A stretch of 64,000 nucleotides of DNA, from NCBI RefSeq assembly GCF_030028105.1, contig NC_092380.1, forward strand, positions 29,475,144 through 29,539,143, in the 5' to 3' direction. The notes under the pieces are model-generated. The model searched no databases. It was given only the letters and a program-made list of their open reading frames with translations, and was not told the DNA's origin. Positions 37,715-51,356 of the stretch are shown in pieces (position 1 is the first letter of the stretch; each line of letters begins with the position of its first letter). The position numbers were made by a program, and so were the translations under genes. This DNA is from Mobula birostris (taxonomy: Eukaryota).

Positions 37715-40168
37715 GAGGATGTCTGCAGTGAGTAAGAATTTCAGGTTGTACATAGTATACATTGGCTGATATTAAATGGAACCATTGAGTGAGGGTTGGA
37801 GGGACAGTAAATCAGCCATGATTGATTGGCAGAGCATATTCATTGGGCTAAATAACCTAATCATGCCCCTATCTTCTAAGCTCACAAATGAAATCTCTGA
37901 CCACAGTGCCTTTCTCTTCAGAAAATACAGATGAGAACAATACATTTCAGTCCACATCCCCTGATCCCAAAAACTGGCTGACACTTTGGTCCCTAATACT
38001 GGGTGTTTACAGGTCTGTGTGCTCACTGCAGTGTGAAGAGTTTTATGGGTCTATGTCCTTGTGTTGAAGAACTTGCTGTTGTTACATTCTTTATCCTTGT
38101 AGTGCACAACTGACTGTCTCTGCACAGTGTAGTGTGGAATGGTTTCATTGATTCCTGTCAATTGTTGTTTTGTATGGCACTTCTAATTGAAGTGTGGCCC
38201 GGGAAGGGCAGATGTGAGTCTATCCATTCAGGAGCAGGGTTGGATCGATCTTCATCTGGCATCTCATCCAAAGCCATTCCAAGATGGTGGCCCCGAGTTG
38301 TCATCACCTGATAGAGTCCATGAAACACGCAGGCCTCCACACAACATCAACGTGTTGATCCAGGTCATGCAGGATTCCTGTCAGTACAAATGTTCAAAGA
38401 TGCATTTATCATCAAGGTATCCAACTCTGAAATTCTTCTTCTCTAGGTAGCATGAAACCACAAGGAAAAGAAAGGCAGCACGATCACCAACCCCCAAGCT
38501 CCCCCTTCCCAAACAAAACAATGAACAAAAACAGAACAGGTACATCAACACCCAAATCCCTTCTCTGCACACACAAAAAAGAAAAAGATCAGGTGAAGAA
38601 CACAGGATATAAAAAACTATAAGACGGGAAAAATCTACAGTCCAAGTCCACATCCAAAACGCAGAAAACCTGGGCAACACTCTCTGGCAGAGTGACAGGC
38701 TCTCCCCTCTCTGATTCAGAGTAATCAAAAGCCAGGCAGCCAACACTCACTCTTCACAATCACAAAGAATGGGCAAGAAAGTGGCAAATGAAATACATTT
38801 TGAAATGCATGGTCATTCACTTTGGTAGTAGAAATAAATGTGCAGACTATTTTCTAAATGGGGAAGAAACCCAAAACTCTGAGATCTAAAGCGACTTGGG
38901 AGTCCTCATGCAGAACACCCTAAAGGTTAACTTACCAGTTGAGTCTGTGGTGAGGAAGGCAAATGCAGTGTTAGCATTCACTTCAAGAGGTCTAGCATAC
39001 AAGAGTAGGATGTGCTTCTGCAGCCTTATAAGGCACTGATGAAGCTGCACCTTGAGTATTGTAAACAGTTTTGAGCTTCTCATCTAAGAAAAGATGTGCT
39101 GGCATTGGAGAGGGTTCAGAGGATGTTCACAAGGATAATTCTGGGAATGAAAGGGTTATCATACAAGGAATGTTCGATAGCTCTGGGTCTGTGTTCACTG
39201 AAATTTGGAAAGATTTGGTGGGGATCTCATTGAAACCTTTCAAAGGTTGAAAGGCCTAGACAGTGTAGATGTGGAAAGAGATTTGTCCATGGTTTGGAGT
39301 CTAGGAGAAGAGGGCACAGCCTTAGGACAGAGAGGTGTCCACTTAAAACAGAGATGTGGAGAAATTTCTTCAGCTAGAGGGTGATGAATTTGTGGAACTT
39401 ATTACCATAGGCAGCTATAGAGCAGATCATTGGGTGTATTTAAAACAGATATTGATAGGTTCTTGATTGGAAATGGCATCAAAGGTTAGGGGAGAATGCC
39501 AAGGAGTGGTGCTAAGGAGGGGAGAAAAGGATCAGCCGTGATTGAATGGCATAGCAGACTTGATGGGCCAAATGACCTAATTCTGCTCCTGTCTCTTATG
39601 GTCTAATATACAAATACCCTGAGCTGAACCAGGAAAGAACACGTGACAATTTTTTTAAAAAGTAATATTTGTTTACAGTTGTTTGTCACTTTGTAAAGCA
39701 CGGTTCTGTGGGTGTGCAGGTGATTGTGTGACTGAAACAAAATCATAGAACAGTACAGCACAGGAATCGGCCATTCGGCCCACAACGTTGTGCCAAAAGC
39801 ATATCAAAAAACTAATCCTTTTACCTGCACAAAGTCCATATCCCTCTATCGTCCTTACATCCATGTGCCTATCCAAACACCTCTTAAAGGCCTCTAATGT
39901 ACAAACGTTTTTGTCTCTACCACCATACCAGGCAGCACATGCCAGGCATCCCCAATTCTCTGAGTAAATAACTTACCCCTCATATCCTCTTTGAACCTAC
40001 CCCCTCTCACCTTCAATGTGTGCCCTCTGGTATTAGACATTTCAACCCTGGGAAACAGATACTCTCTGTCTGCTCTATCTGTGCCTCTCATAATCTTGAA
40101 AATACTCCATCAGATCTCCTTCAACCCGCAGCGCTGCAAAGAAAACAACCCAAGTTTATCCAGCCTCC
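37715..40168 (+). repeat. Segmental duplication block A, copy 2
   Basis: Colinear with 25620-28095. Confidence 0.85.
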
Positions 40169-40339
40169 TGTGATAGTACATTCCCTCTGAACCAGGCAGC
40201 ATCCTGGTAAACCTCTTCTGCACCCTCTCCAAAACCTCAACTTCCTTCTTATATGGTGGTGACCAGAACAGTATGCAATACTCCAGATGTGGTCCTAACT
40301 AGAGGTTTATAAAGTTGCAACATAACTTCTTGCCTCCAG

Positions 40340-43300
40340 CTCGAATAAGCCCCTTCAACCATTACTCTGTCTTCTATGGGCAAGTCAGTTCTGAATCCAA
40401 ACAGCCAATTCACTGTGGATCTCATGCATCTTAATCTTCCAGATTAGCCTCCCTTCAGAGATTTAGTCAAACGCCTTCCTAAAATCCATGTACACAACAT
40501 CCACTGTTCTACCAACATTAATCTCTCTCGTCACCTTGTTATAAAACTCATTCAAATTGGTAAGGCAGGATCTGACATGCTCAAAGCCATGCTGGCTCTC
40601 CCTAATTAGGCCATGGGTTTCTAAATGGTCATATAACCCATCACTAAGAATTTTCTCCAGCAATTTTCCTGCAACTGATATGAGACTCACCAGTCTATAG
40701 GTCCCAGGATTTTCAATTGTTCCCTTCTTAAAGGAAGGTAGAACATTAGCCACTTACCAATCCCCTGGGACCTTGCCTGTGCTTAGAGAAGATGTGAAGA
40801 CAAATCCTGAAAATACTGGAAATAATCACCAGATGTAGCATGTTCTGTGAGTGTTTCAGCTTTTTCAATTTTTGTTTTAGATTTCCAGTATTTATTTTTT
40901 TGATGTTCAGATTTCTACGACTGGTTGTCGTTGCAGTACAGTGTTCATGAAGTTTATCGGACAGAGTTACAGTGTAATACTGGGATTGTCCAGATCTGGG
41001 CCATCTGTGTTGTGTTTTCTTAAATCTCTGTCCTTATATTAGAGAGTGGCTTGTTAGAAACATAGAAAACCTATAGCACAATATAGACCTTTCGGCCCAC
41101 AAAGCTGTGTTGAACATGTCCCTACCTTAGAAATTACCCAGGGTTACCCATAGCCCTCTATTTTTCTGAGCTCCATGTACCTGTTCAGGAGTCTGTTAAA
41201 AGACCCTGTCATATCTGCCTCCACCACTGTCGCCGGCAGCCCATTCCATGCATTCTCTGCATAAAAAATTTACCCCTGACATCTCCTCTGTACCTACTTC
41301 CAAGCATCTTAAAACTGTGCCCTCTTGTTCTGACCATTTCAGTCGTGGGAAAAAGCCTCTGACTATCCACGCGACCCATGCCTCTCATCATCTTATACAC
41401 TTCTATCAGGTCATCTCTCATCCTCCGTCACTCCCAAGGAAAAAAGGCCGAGTTCACTCAACCTATTCTCATAAGGCATGCTCCCCAATCCAGGCAACAT
41501 CCTTGTAAATCTCCTCTGCACCCATTCTATGGTTCCCACATCCTTCCTGTAGTGAGGTGACCAGAACTGAGCACAGTACTCCAAGTGGGGTCTGACCAGG
41601 GTCCTATAAAGCTGCAGCATTACCTCTTGGCTCCTAAACTCAATCCTACGATTGATGAAGTCCAATGCACGGTATGATTTCTTAACCACAGAGTCAACCT
41701 ACGCAGCAGCTTTTAGTGTCCTATGTTCTCGGACCCCAAGACCCCTCTGATCCTCCACACTGCCAAGAGTCTTACCATTAGTACTATATTCGGCCATCAT
41801 TTTTGACCTACCAAAATGAACCACCTCACACTTATCTGGGTTGAATTCTATCTGCCACTGCTCAGCCCATTTTTGAGTCCTATCAATGTCCTGCTGTAAC
41901 CTCTGACAGCCCTCCACACTATCCACAACACCCCCAACCTTTGTGTCATCAGCAAATTTTCTAACCATCCCTCCAGTTCCTCAGCCAGGTCATTTATAAA
42001 AATCACAAAGCGTAGGGGTCCCAGAACAGATCCCTGAGGCACATCACTGGTCACTGACCTTCATGCAGAATATGACCCGTCTACAACCACTCTTTGCCTT
42101 CTGTGTGCAAGCCAGGTCTGGATCAACAAAGCAATGTCCCCTTGGATCCCATGCCTCCTTACTTTCTCAATAAGCCTTGCATGGGGTACCTTGTCAAATG
42201 CCTTGCTAAAATCCATATACACTACATCTACTGCTCTACCTTCATCAACGTGTTTGGTCACATCCTCAAAAAATTTAATCAGGCTCTTAAGGGACAACTT
42301 GCCTTTCACAAAGCCATGCTGACTATTCCTAATCATATTATGCCTCTCCAAATGTTGATAAATCCTACCTCTCAGGATCTTCTCCATCAACTTACCAACC
42401 ACTGAAGTAAGACTCACTGGTCTATAATTTCCTGGGCTACCTCTACTCCCATTCTTGAATAAGGGAACAACATCTGGAAGCCTCCAATCCTCCAGAACCT
42501 CTCCCATCCCCATTGATGATGCAAGGATCATTGCCAGAGGCTCAGCAATCTCCTTCCTCACCTCCCATAGTAGCCTGGGGTATATCTCATCCGGTTCCGG
42601 TGACATAGCCAACTTGATGCTTTCCAAAAGCTCCAGCAAATCCTCTTTTTTAATGTCTATATGCTCAAGCTTTTCAGTCCACTGTAAGTCATCCCTACAA
42701 TTGCCAAGATCCCTTTCCGTAGTGAATACTGAAGCAAAGTATTCATTAAGTACCTCCGCTATCTCCTCTGGTTCCATACACACTTTTCCACTGTCACACT
42801 TGATTAGTCCTATTCTTTCATGCTTTATCCTCTTGCTGTTCACATACTTGTGGAATTCTTTGGGGTTTTCCTTATTCCTGTCCACCAAGGCTTTCTCATG
42901 GCCCTTTCTGGCTCTCCTAGTTTCTTTCTTAATCTCCTTCCTGCTAGCCTTATAATCTTCTAGATCTCTATCATTACCTAGTTTTTTGAACCTTTCGTAA
43001 GCTCTTCTTTTCTTGTTGACTAGATTTACAACAGCCTTTGTACATCACGGTTCCTGTACCCTACCATCCTTTCCTTGTGTCATTGGAACGTACGTATGCA
43101 GAACTCCATGCAAATATCCCCTGAATATTTGCCACATTTCTTCCATACATTTCCCTGAGAAAAATCTGTTCCCAATTTATGCTTCCAAGTTCCTGCCTGA
43201 TAGCCTCATATTTCCACTTACTCCAATTAAATGCTTTCCTAACTTGTCTGTTCCTATCCCTCTCCAATGCTATGGTAAAGGACATAGAATTGTGATCACT

Positions 43301-45396
43301 ATCTCCAAAATGCTCTCCCACTGAGAGATCTGACACCTGACCAGGTTCATTTCCTAATACCAGATCAAGTACATCCTCTCATCTTGTAGTTTTATCTACA
43401 TATTGTGTCAAGAAACCTTCCTGAACACACCTAAGAAACTCCACCCCATCTAAACCTCTCACTCTCGGGACATGCCAATCGATATTTGGGAAATTAAAAT
43501 CTCCCACCACGACAACTCTGTTATTATTACACCTTTCCAGAATCTAATGTTGTACTGGTCTGTGTCCTCACTGGCTGGTGCTGTGCTTAGGATACAGTGC
43601 CGGTATTTTTACAGAAGTATGTCCTTATAAAACAAACAGAAATTGTCCATTCTGGACTTTAAACATGGATGGGAGGTGATGGGAGGGATTTGGGGCCACA
43701 AGGGGCCATTTGACCCATCCAGTCTGTGCTACTTCCTTGTACAACTATCCCATCAGTCCTGTTCCCCACTTACTCCCCACAACTCTGCAGATTATTGTTC
43801 CTGAAGTCCAGTTCCTCGTTGAACATCCTGACTGGTTGCTTACACCACTCCTGCTGGCAGAGACTCCCAGATGAGAAACACACTCAGAAAAACACAAGAC
43901 AATAGGAGCAGGGGTTCCCACCTGGCACCTCACCCCTGCCCCACCATTCAATGTGATCATGGATGATCTGCCCCAGGCCTCAGCTCCTGTTCTGTGCCAG
44001 TTCCACATCACCCTCATATCCCTGGTCTTTCCAAAATGTATCTCTCTCCTCTTTAAATCCTTCCAGTGATCCATCCTCCTTAGAGAACTTCAAACATCCC
44101 TCACCCTTTGCAAGACATTCCTACGCAACAGCTTAAATTACTTCTCCCTGACCTTGTAACTGTGTCCTCTCAGTCCAGCTTATCACTCTGGGGCAAACAT
44201 CACAACATCTCCCTGACAACATGCCTAAGGGGCATTGTGTGATTCAGGAAGGTCACTCCGCACTTTTCTAAATCCTAAAGGACTTGGATCTGATTTCTCT
44301 GGAACTTTACAATAGGACAACTTTCTCATCCCTGGAACTGTCCTGTTGAATCCATTTGAGTGATCTGTTCTTCAGTAAGGAGACCAGAACTGTCCCCTGT
44401 ACTCCAGTGTGACCTCAACAATTCCCTGTAAAACACAAAAATAATTCCCTATATCTAATCTCTGAACCAACTTTGGTAAAGACCAATGTACCTTTTCCCT
44501 CTGCCTGGTGATCTAGATGATGAAGCTCATGTCATGTCTAAGACGATCCTCCTCACTATCTTCACATCTGCAGATTTTTGTGTCATTTGTAAACTTGCTG
44601 ATCGCACCAGCTACATTAACATCCAAGTTGTTGATGCCTACCACAAACAGAAAGGGTCTTAGCACCAATCCGTGTGACACACCAGTGGTCACAGACTACC
44701 AGTGAGAAGAATTACTCTCCACCACTACCCTCTGCTTCCCATAAGCCAAGCTGATTTTAGATCCAGTTCGCCACCTCACCCCACTGTTGAGCTCTGACTA
44801 TTTAGACCAAACTCCCATGCCTGAAATTCTAAAGTTCTCATTGCAGTCTATGTAAACAACACTGCCCTCATCAATATACATATTTTCCACTTCAAAACTG
44901 CAGTGCGTGGGGTACCAGATTCAGTGGGCAGCACAGGAGAGCCCCTAGGTCTGGAACAGACAGCTTTCCAGTGTGACGAATACGGGCCTGTGGTGAAAGC
45001 CCATCAGTGTCAGTAACTCCCTCCGGAGGAGGAAATCTGCCGTCCGTTCGCCAGCCTCTGTGTGACTCCAGGTCACAGTGGTGTGACGGACTCTGAAAGT
45101 CACTCCAGGAGGACTGGAGATCGGGAGACATTGCTGTCCCTGCTGGCGATGGCCACAGTCCGGGAAAGAATAAAACCATTCACTGGAAGGTCAGGTGTAA
45201 GGCCAATCAGCCCACACTGGACAATACCGGTTGTTCAGACCCATCATCGTCGCCTCATAGCCACGTACGTCCAGACTTCCCATATGTGGATCAGAATGTG
45301 GTCTCTGGGCGGGTTGTGTTTGGCTTCAGCCAGCCACTATGATTGCTCCCTTCAATCTACCATTCAAAAAGTTAGATGAAGGTAAAATTTCCATGT
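40340..45396 (+). repeat. Segmental duplication block B, copy 1 (paralog about 48110-50785), interrupted by a young CR1
   Basis: Shared sequence, e.g. acagagttacagtgtaatactggga (about 40961 / 48733) and aaggacttggatctgatttctctgg (about 44278 / 49506). Confidence 0.85.
41055..43545 (-). mobile_element. 5'-truncated CR1, same subfamily as 15054-19128
   Basis: ORF 42061-42888 (GNYRPVSLTSVVGKLMEKILRGRIY..DFSKAFDKVPHARLIEKV) is nearly the same as 17444-18352. It is absent from the paralogous site near 48820. Confidence 0.92.
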
Positions 45397-46057
45397 CTCT
45401 GTGGTGTACATAGTTCGGTCATTTTACTTTGAACAGTACTTTGCCCGCATGAAAAAGTAGTTCAGGGCTGCATGTGGTAACACGGATGTACTCTGATAAT
45501 AATTTTTACTTTGAGCATTAAACGTAATTCACACAGTCTATATTAATAAAGTATATCTCGGGATTAATAAGGTATATCTATCTGTCTATCTATTATAAGC
45601 GGATCAGTGTCATGTGGTCCTATTCACAAACTTATAGATGTACATAAAAATTAGTTTCGTACAGTTCTATAAAATTTATTTTCCTCTTGGCGGGCTTTAC
45701 AAATTTCATAATTTAGCGGTCTGGCCGTTAGTTTTAGCGCTTGTCTTGTTGCCTGTTCATTGGTGAAAAAGGGCGCTCTCTGATCGGGCATTTCCTCTGA
45801 GAATTAGGAAATCCTTAATGAGTTTAGGCAAATTACTGCCAATCAAGCACCGCTCTGCAGTCATCCAGGAGGTAAGGCGACTGCCAAAAAAAAATCGGGA
45901 CTGGGACGGAGGCCGGGTTCAGAGAGAGCGCTCTATGTTGTAATTTTCAGCAGAGGAAAAGCGCTTTAGACTGACAGTTTAATACGCTATGAGTGACATG
46001 CAGATCGAAAACACCCGGAGTCACCCCATTCTTTATCAGCCCTTTCCGTAGACAATA

Positions 46058-46083
46058 TGGCTGGCTCTGAAAAGAGCCTTTGG
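46058..46083 (-). terminator. Histone stem-loop of H2A copy 2
   Basis: CCAAA-GGCTCTTTTCAGAGCC-AGCCA (3' flank AGCCA instead of ACCCA); downstream element GAAAGGGCTG present. Confidence 0.93.
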
Positions 46084-46109
46084 GTTTTTTAAACTGACGA
46101 TTCACCTAT

Positions 46110-46511
<402 letters not shown>

Positions 46512-47309
46512 CTAAACAGAGAATAAAAAAACTGTTCCGCATTCGGCCTTTTTATAGCTTCCGGGGGATTGCGGAAGGACACTTACGATTGGTGGGAAAG
46601 CAAGCTCTCCAATTGGTGATTTGGAAAAACCCAATCAGCGAGTTGTCCAATTCTCCAATCACCAGACGGCAGCGGGAGAAGCGCGCAAAATAACCGTCAC
46701 TATCCAAAAGGACCTGAAATTTGAAAAGCCCGCCAAGGAAAAAAATTAAACTGTAGTCCAAAAAAAAAGCAATTAGCAATATCTATGTGAGCATAGACTG
46801 CCTACATGGCCAGTCATTTTCTGTCCGCATGGAATGTGAATTAATTATATCATAACTGTCTCTGGGAATGTATCTGTCTTTGTGAAAATACATCACATCG
46901 AAGGGTCTCTTCACAAATTATAGTGGAAGCTCAGAAACAGCGATATGAGAGTTAATTTATTCTTATACAGATTCAGGGCACTTAGGAAACAGTATAGTAG
47001 AGTAATTGAGAGGCATTACTTCATAACTCGAATACAAACAACAGCAAACACAAAAATCCTATTCAATTTCATTCATTGTCACCGAAAGGTTCACTGGGGC
47101 AAGTGTTTGAAGATGGAGACAAACTAATGGCGAAGAAGAGGAAGTTCCGTGTTAGTGCAGTGTGCAGGAACACTAGAATTTGAGCAGGTCGTGGGACAGC
47201 TAGTTGTCATCAACATAATTCTGATAAACATTATCTCCTAAGATAGAAATATTGAAGCAGTTGCAGAAAAGTATTTTGGAAATATTAAGATAAATCTCTC
47301 TTGGAAAGA

Positions 47310-47573
47310 TGGAGCCATTGGGGTTTCAGCATCCTTTGGAAATGTACTTGGAGCTGGTGTACTTGTTCACCTTCTTTGTCCCTTCAAACACGGTGCAACT
47401 GGCAAGCTCCCCAAGCAGCAAAAGGTGCCTGGCAGTCTGGATCTCCCAGGATGTGACAGTAATCCACTTCTTGTAATGGTCCGGTTTGGAAGCCTCGCCA
47501 CTAATGCGCTCGAAAATCTCTTCCACAAATGGACTCATGATGCTGATGATATTGGAGGAGATAGCTGTGTCTC
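47310..47573 (-). pseudogene. H2B: H2B pseudogene 2
   Basis: [64 protein letters not shown]. Same CR1 junction as pseudogene 1; stem-loop half deleted. Confidence 0.9.
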
Positions 47574-50500
47574 CAAAGCCCAAACATCCTTTCTAACACA
47601 GTGCGACCAGAATGGCATGCAAATACTCCAGATGTGGCCAAACCAGAGGTTTATAAAGTTGCAACATAACCTCTTTCCTTTTGAATTCAATGCCTCGTCT
47701 AATAAAAGCAAGCATTCTTAACCACATTACTGACCTGTGCAGCCACTTTCAAGGAGCAATATACTTGGATGCCAAGATCTCTCTGCTCAGCAATGCTGTT
47801 ACCGATCTTCCGTTAACAGTGTACTGTCTCCTTGCATTGGTTCAACTGGGGTAAAAAAAACCCTCACATTTAATAGGCTAAACTCTGTCTGCCATTTCTC
47901 AGCTCATATCTGCAACTGATCTATAGTGTGCTGTATTCTTTGCCAGTCTTCTACAGTATCCAGAACTCCCAGCAATCTTGGTATCATCCACGAATTTACT
48001 AACCCATCCTTCTACATTTCATGCAGGCCATTTATATACATCACAAACAGCAGAGGTCACAGCACAGATCCCTGCAAAACTCCAATAATTACAGACCTCC
48101 AGCTCGAATAGGTCCCTTCAACCATGACCCTCTGTCTTCTATGGGCAAGTCAATTCTGATTCCAAACAGACAATTCGCAGCAGATCCCATGCATCTTAAT
48201 CTTCTGGATTCATCTCCCATGAGGGACTTTGTCAAACGCCTATGTCCATGTACACAATATCCAGTGCCTTACCCTCATCAGTCTCTCTTGTTGCCTTGTC
48301 AAAAGTCAAGTTGGTATGACACGGCCTGACATGCTCAAAGCCATGCTGGCTCTCCCCAGCTAGGCCATGGGGTTCCCAAATGTTCATATATCCTATCCCT
48401 AACAGGTTTTTCTGGCAATTTTCCAACAACTGAAGTGAGACTCGTCAGTCTATAGTTCCCAGGATTTTCTATTGTTCCCTTCTTAAATGGAGGTACAACA
48501 TTAGACACTCACCAGTCCTCCAAGATCTCACCTGTGCCGAGAGAAGACATGAAAATAATCCTGGAAATGCTGGAAATAATTACCAGATGTAGAGTGTTAT
48601 GTTAGTGTTTCAGCATTTTCAATTTCTGTTTTAGATTTTCAATATTTGTTGATTTTTTTAATGTTCATATTTCTACAACTGGCTGTAGTAAAGATCTATG
48701 TCCTACAGTATGATACTGATGATGTTTATCAGACAGAGTTACAGTGTAATACTGGGACTGCCCAGCTCTGGGCCATCAGTGTTCTGTTTTCTTAAAACTC
48801 TATCCTTGTATTAAAGAGTGGTGTGTCGTATTGGTCTGTGTGCTCACTGACTGGTGCTGTGCTCTGGCAGCCCAGTGTGTTTGGAATACAGTGCCAGTGT
48901 CTAAACAGAAGTGTGTCCTTATTTAACAAACTAAGATTGTCCATTCTGCACTTTAAACATGGGTGGGATGTGACGCAACGGAATATATGGCCACAAGAGA
49001 CCATTTGACCCATCCAGTCTGTGCTATCACCTTGTACAACAGTCACTTCAGTCCTGTGCCCCAATCTGCAGGTTATTTCCCCTGCAGGACCCCACAGACA
49101 GAGTCCCAGATGAGAACCACACTCAGAGGAACTCAAGACAACAGGAGCAGGAGTTTCCACCTGGCACCTCACCCCTTTCCCACCATTCGATTTGATCATG
49201 GATGATCTGTCCCAGGCCCCAGCTCCTCTTCTATGCCAGTTGCACAAAACCCTCATATCCCTGGTCTTTCCAAAATGTATCTTTCTCCTCTTTAAATTCC
49301 TCCAGTGATCCATCCTCCAAGTTTTCCTCACCCTTTGCAAGACTTTCCTACACATCAACTTTAAATGACCACTCCCTCATCTTGTAACTGTGTCCCATTA
49401 TTCCAGCTTCTCCCACTGGTAGAAACACCACAACATCTCCCTGTCAACACGCCTAAGGGACCTTGTGAGATTCAAGAAAGTCACTCCTCACGTTTCTAAA
49501 CTCTAAAGGACTTGGATCTGATTTCTCTGGTATTTTATAACAGGACAACTCTCTTATCCCTGGAACTGTTCTGTTGAATCCATTTGAGTGATCTGTTCTT
49601 CAGTATGGTGACCAGAACTGTCCCCAGTACTCCAGTGTGACCTCAACAATTCCCTGTAAAACACAAAATTAATTCCCTATTTCTAATCTCCAACCCACCT
49701 TTAATAAAGACCAATGTACCATTTCCCTCTCGCTAGGCAAGATTAAATTCTATCTGTCATTCCTCTGCCTGGTGGTCCAGATGATGAAGATCATGTCATG
49801 TCTAAGACAATCCTCTTCACTATCTCCACATCTGCAGATTTTTGTGTCATTTGTAAACATGCTGATCGCACCAACTACATTAACATCCAAGTTGTTGATG
49901 TTTACCAGAAACAGAAAGGATCCTAGCCCCAATCCATGTGACACACCGCACCACTGGTCACAAACTTACAGTGAGAAGAACAACTCTCCACCACTACCCT
50001 GTGCCTCCCATAAGCCAAGATGCTTTTAGATCCGGTTTGCACTTCACTTTGTATCTCATGGGTTCTGATGGTTTGGGCCAGACTCACATGCCTAAAATGC
50101 CAAAGGCCTCAAAGAAGTCTATGTAAACAACACTGCCCTCATCAGTATACTTACTTTCAACTTCAAAACAGTTTAGTCCCAAATGCAGTGGAATACGTTG
50201 GAATAAACAGTTAGTCCATTGTGGTGAGTAGTGGTCCGTGGTGAAAACCTATCAGGGTCAGTAATACCCTCTTGGGAGGAAATCTGCCGTCCTTTCGCCA
50301 GCCTCTGTGCAACTCCAGGCACAGTGGTGTGCCAGGCCCTTCTCTGCCCTCTGAAATGGGTTAGGAAGTCACTCCAGAACATAAGGACTGGGCATTGGGA
50401 GACATTGGTATCCCTGTTGGCAATGCCCACACACCTTGAAAGAATTAAACCAATCCCAGGACAGAGCAAGGCCTTTCAGCCCACACGGGATAACACAGGT

Positions 50501-50689
50501 TGTTCAGACCATCCCCTCCGTCGGCTCACACCCATGTAGGTTCAGACTCGCCGTGTGTGGATCAGAATTTTCACAATTTAGTTCTAATTAACTCGGCCTG
50601 AGATCCGCAGCCTCCTCAGTTCCAAGAAGAAATGAAATGATTCTCAGCGGCAGCGCATTTCGCCTTCGCTTCCACCAGCGGCGCCGGAC

Positions 50690-50865
50690 TCTGGGCGGGT
50701 TGAGATTGGCAACAGCCAGCCACCATAATTAATCCCTTCATTCTTCCATTCAAAGCGTCAGATGAATATAATAATTTTCATACGTCCAAACTAACCAATG
50801 ACAAACTTTGTTTTCCTGAATTCTTCATTAGCATAGGGTGGAACTACACTGCCTACTTATTCGGC
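50690..50865 (+). promoter_or_regulatory. H2B copy 1 promoter: GC box, CCAAT boxes, octamer-like ATTAGCAT, no clear TATA
   Basis: gggcggg at about 50693, gattgg at about 50704, ccaat at about 50796, attagcat at 50827-50834. Confidence 0.6.
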
Positions 50866-50912
50866 ACTCTGAGCGACTTCCGCTATTTTTGGGTCGGTAA
50901 CTGACTGAAGAA

Positions 50913-51278
50913 ATGCCTGATCAGCCCAAAGCTCCCAAGAAAGGCTCCAAGAAAGCTGTGTCCAAAGCCAAGGGCACCAAGAAGCGCAGAAGGTCGAGGA
51001 GGGAGACTTACTCCATCTACGTCTACAAGGTGATGAAGCAGGTTCACCCCGACACCGGCATCTCCTCCAAGGCCATGACTATCATGAACTCGTTCGTGAA
51101 CGATATTTTCGAGCGCATCGCGGGCGAGGCTTCCCGCCTGGCCCATTACAACAAGCGGTCGANNNNNNNNNNNNNNNNNNNNNNNNNNNNNNNNNNNNNN
51201 NNNNNNNNNNNNNNNNNNNNNNNNNNNNNNNNNNNNNNNNNNNNNNNNNNNNNNNNNNNNNNNNNNNNNNNNNNNNNN
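50913..51278 (+). CDS. H2B: Histone H2B copy 1 (83 codons visible; predicted 121 aa; end inferred inside the N run)
   Basis: [83 protein letters not shown], then N at 51163-51293; stem-loop downstream. Confidence 0.9.
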
Positions 51279-51293
51279 NNNNNNNNNNNNNNN
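51163..51293. other. 131-N run
   Basis: Direct count; same length and flanks as the second run. Confidence 0.98.
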
Positions 51294-51310
51294 TGACTAA
51301 ACAAACGAAA

Positions 51311-51356
51311 ACAACGGCTCTTTTAAGAGCCACTCACTCTATCGCTGAAAGAGTTG
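51311..51356 (+). terminator. Histone stem-loop and downstream element of H2B copy 1
   Basis: ACAAC-GGCTCTTTTAAGAGCC-ACTCA ... GAAAGAGTTG. Confidence 0.93.

Noticed and set aside
51294-51296. TGA after the N run as the H2B stop (127 aa)
   Set aside because: Pseudogene alignment places this TGA in the 3' UTR, 15 nt after the inferred true stop.
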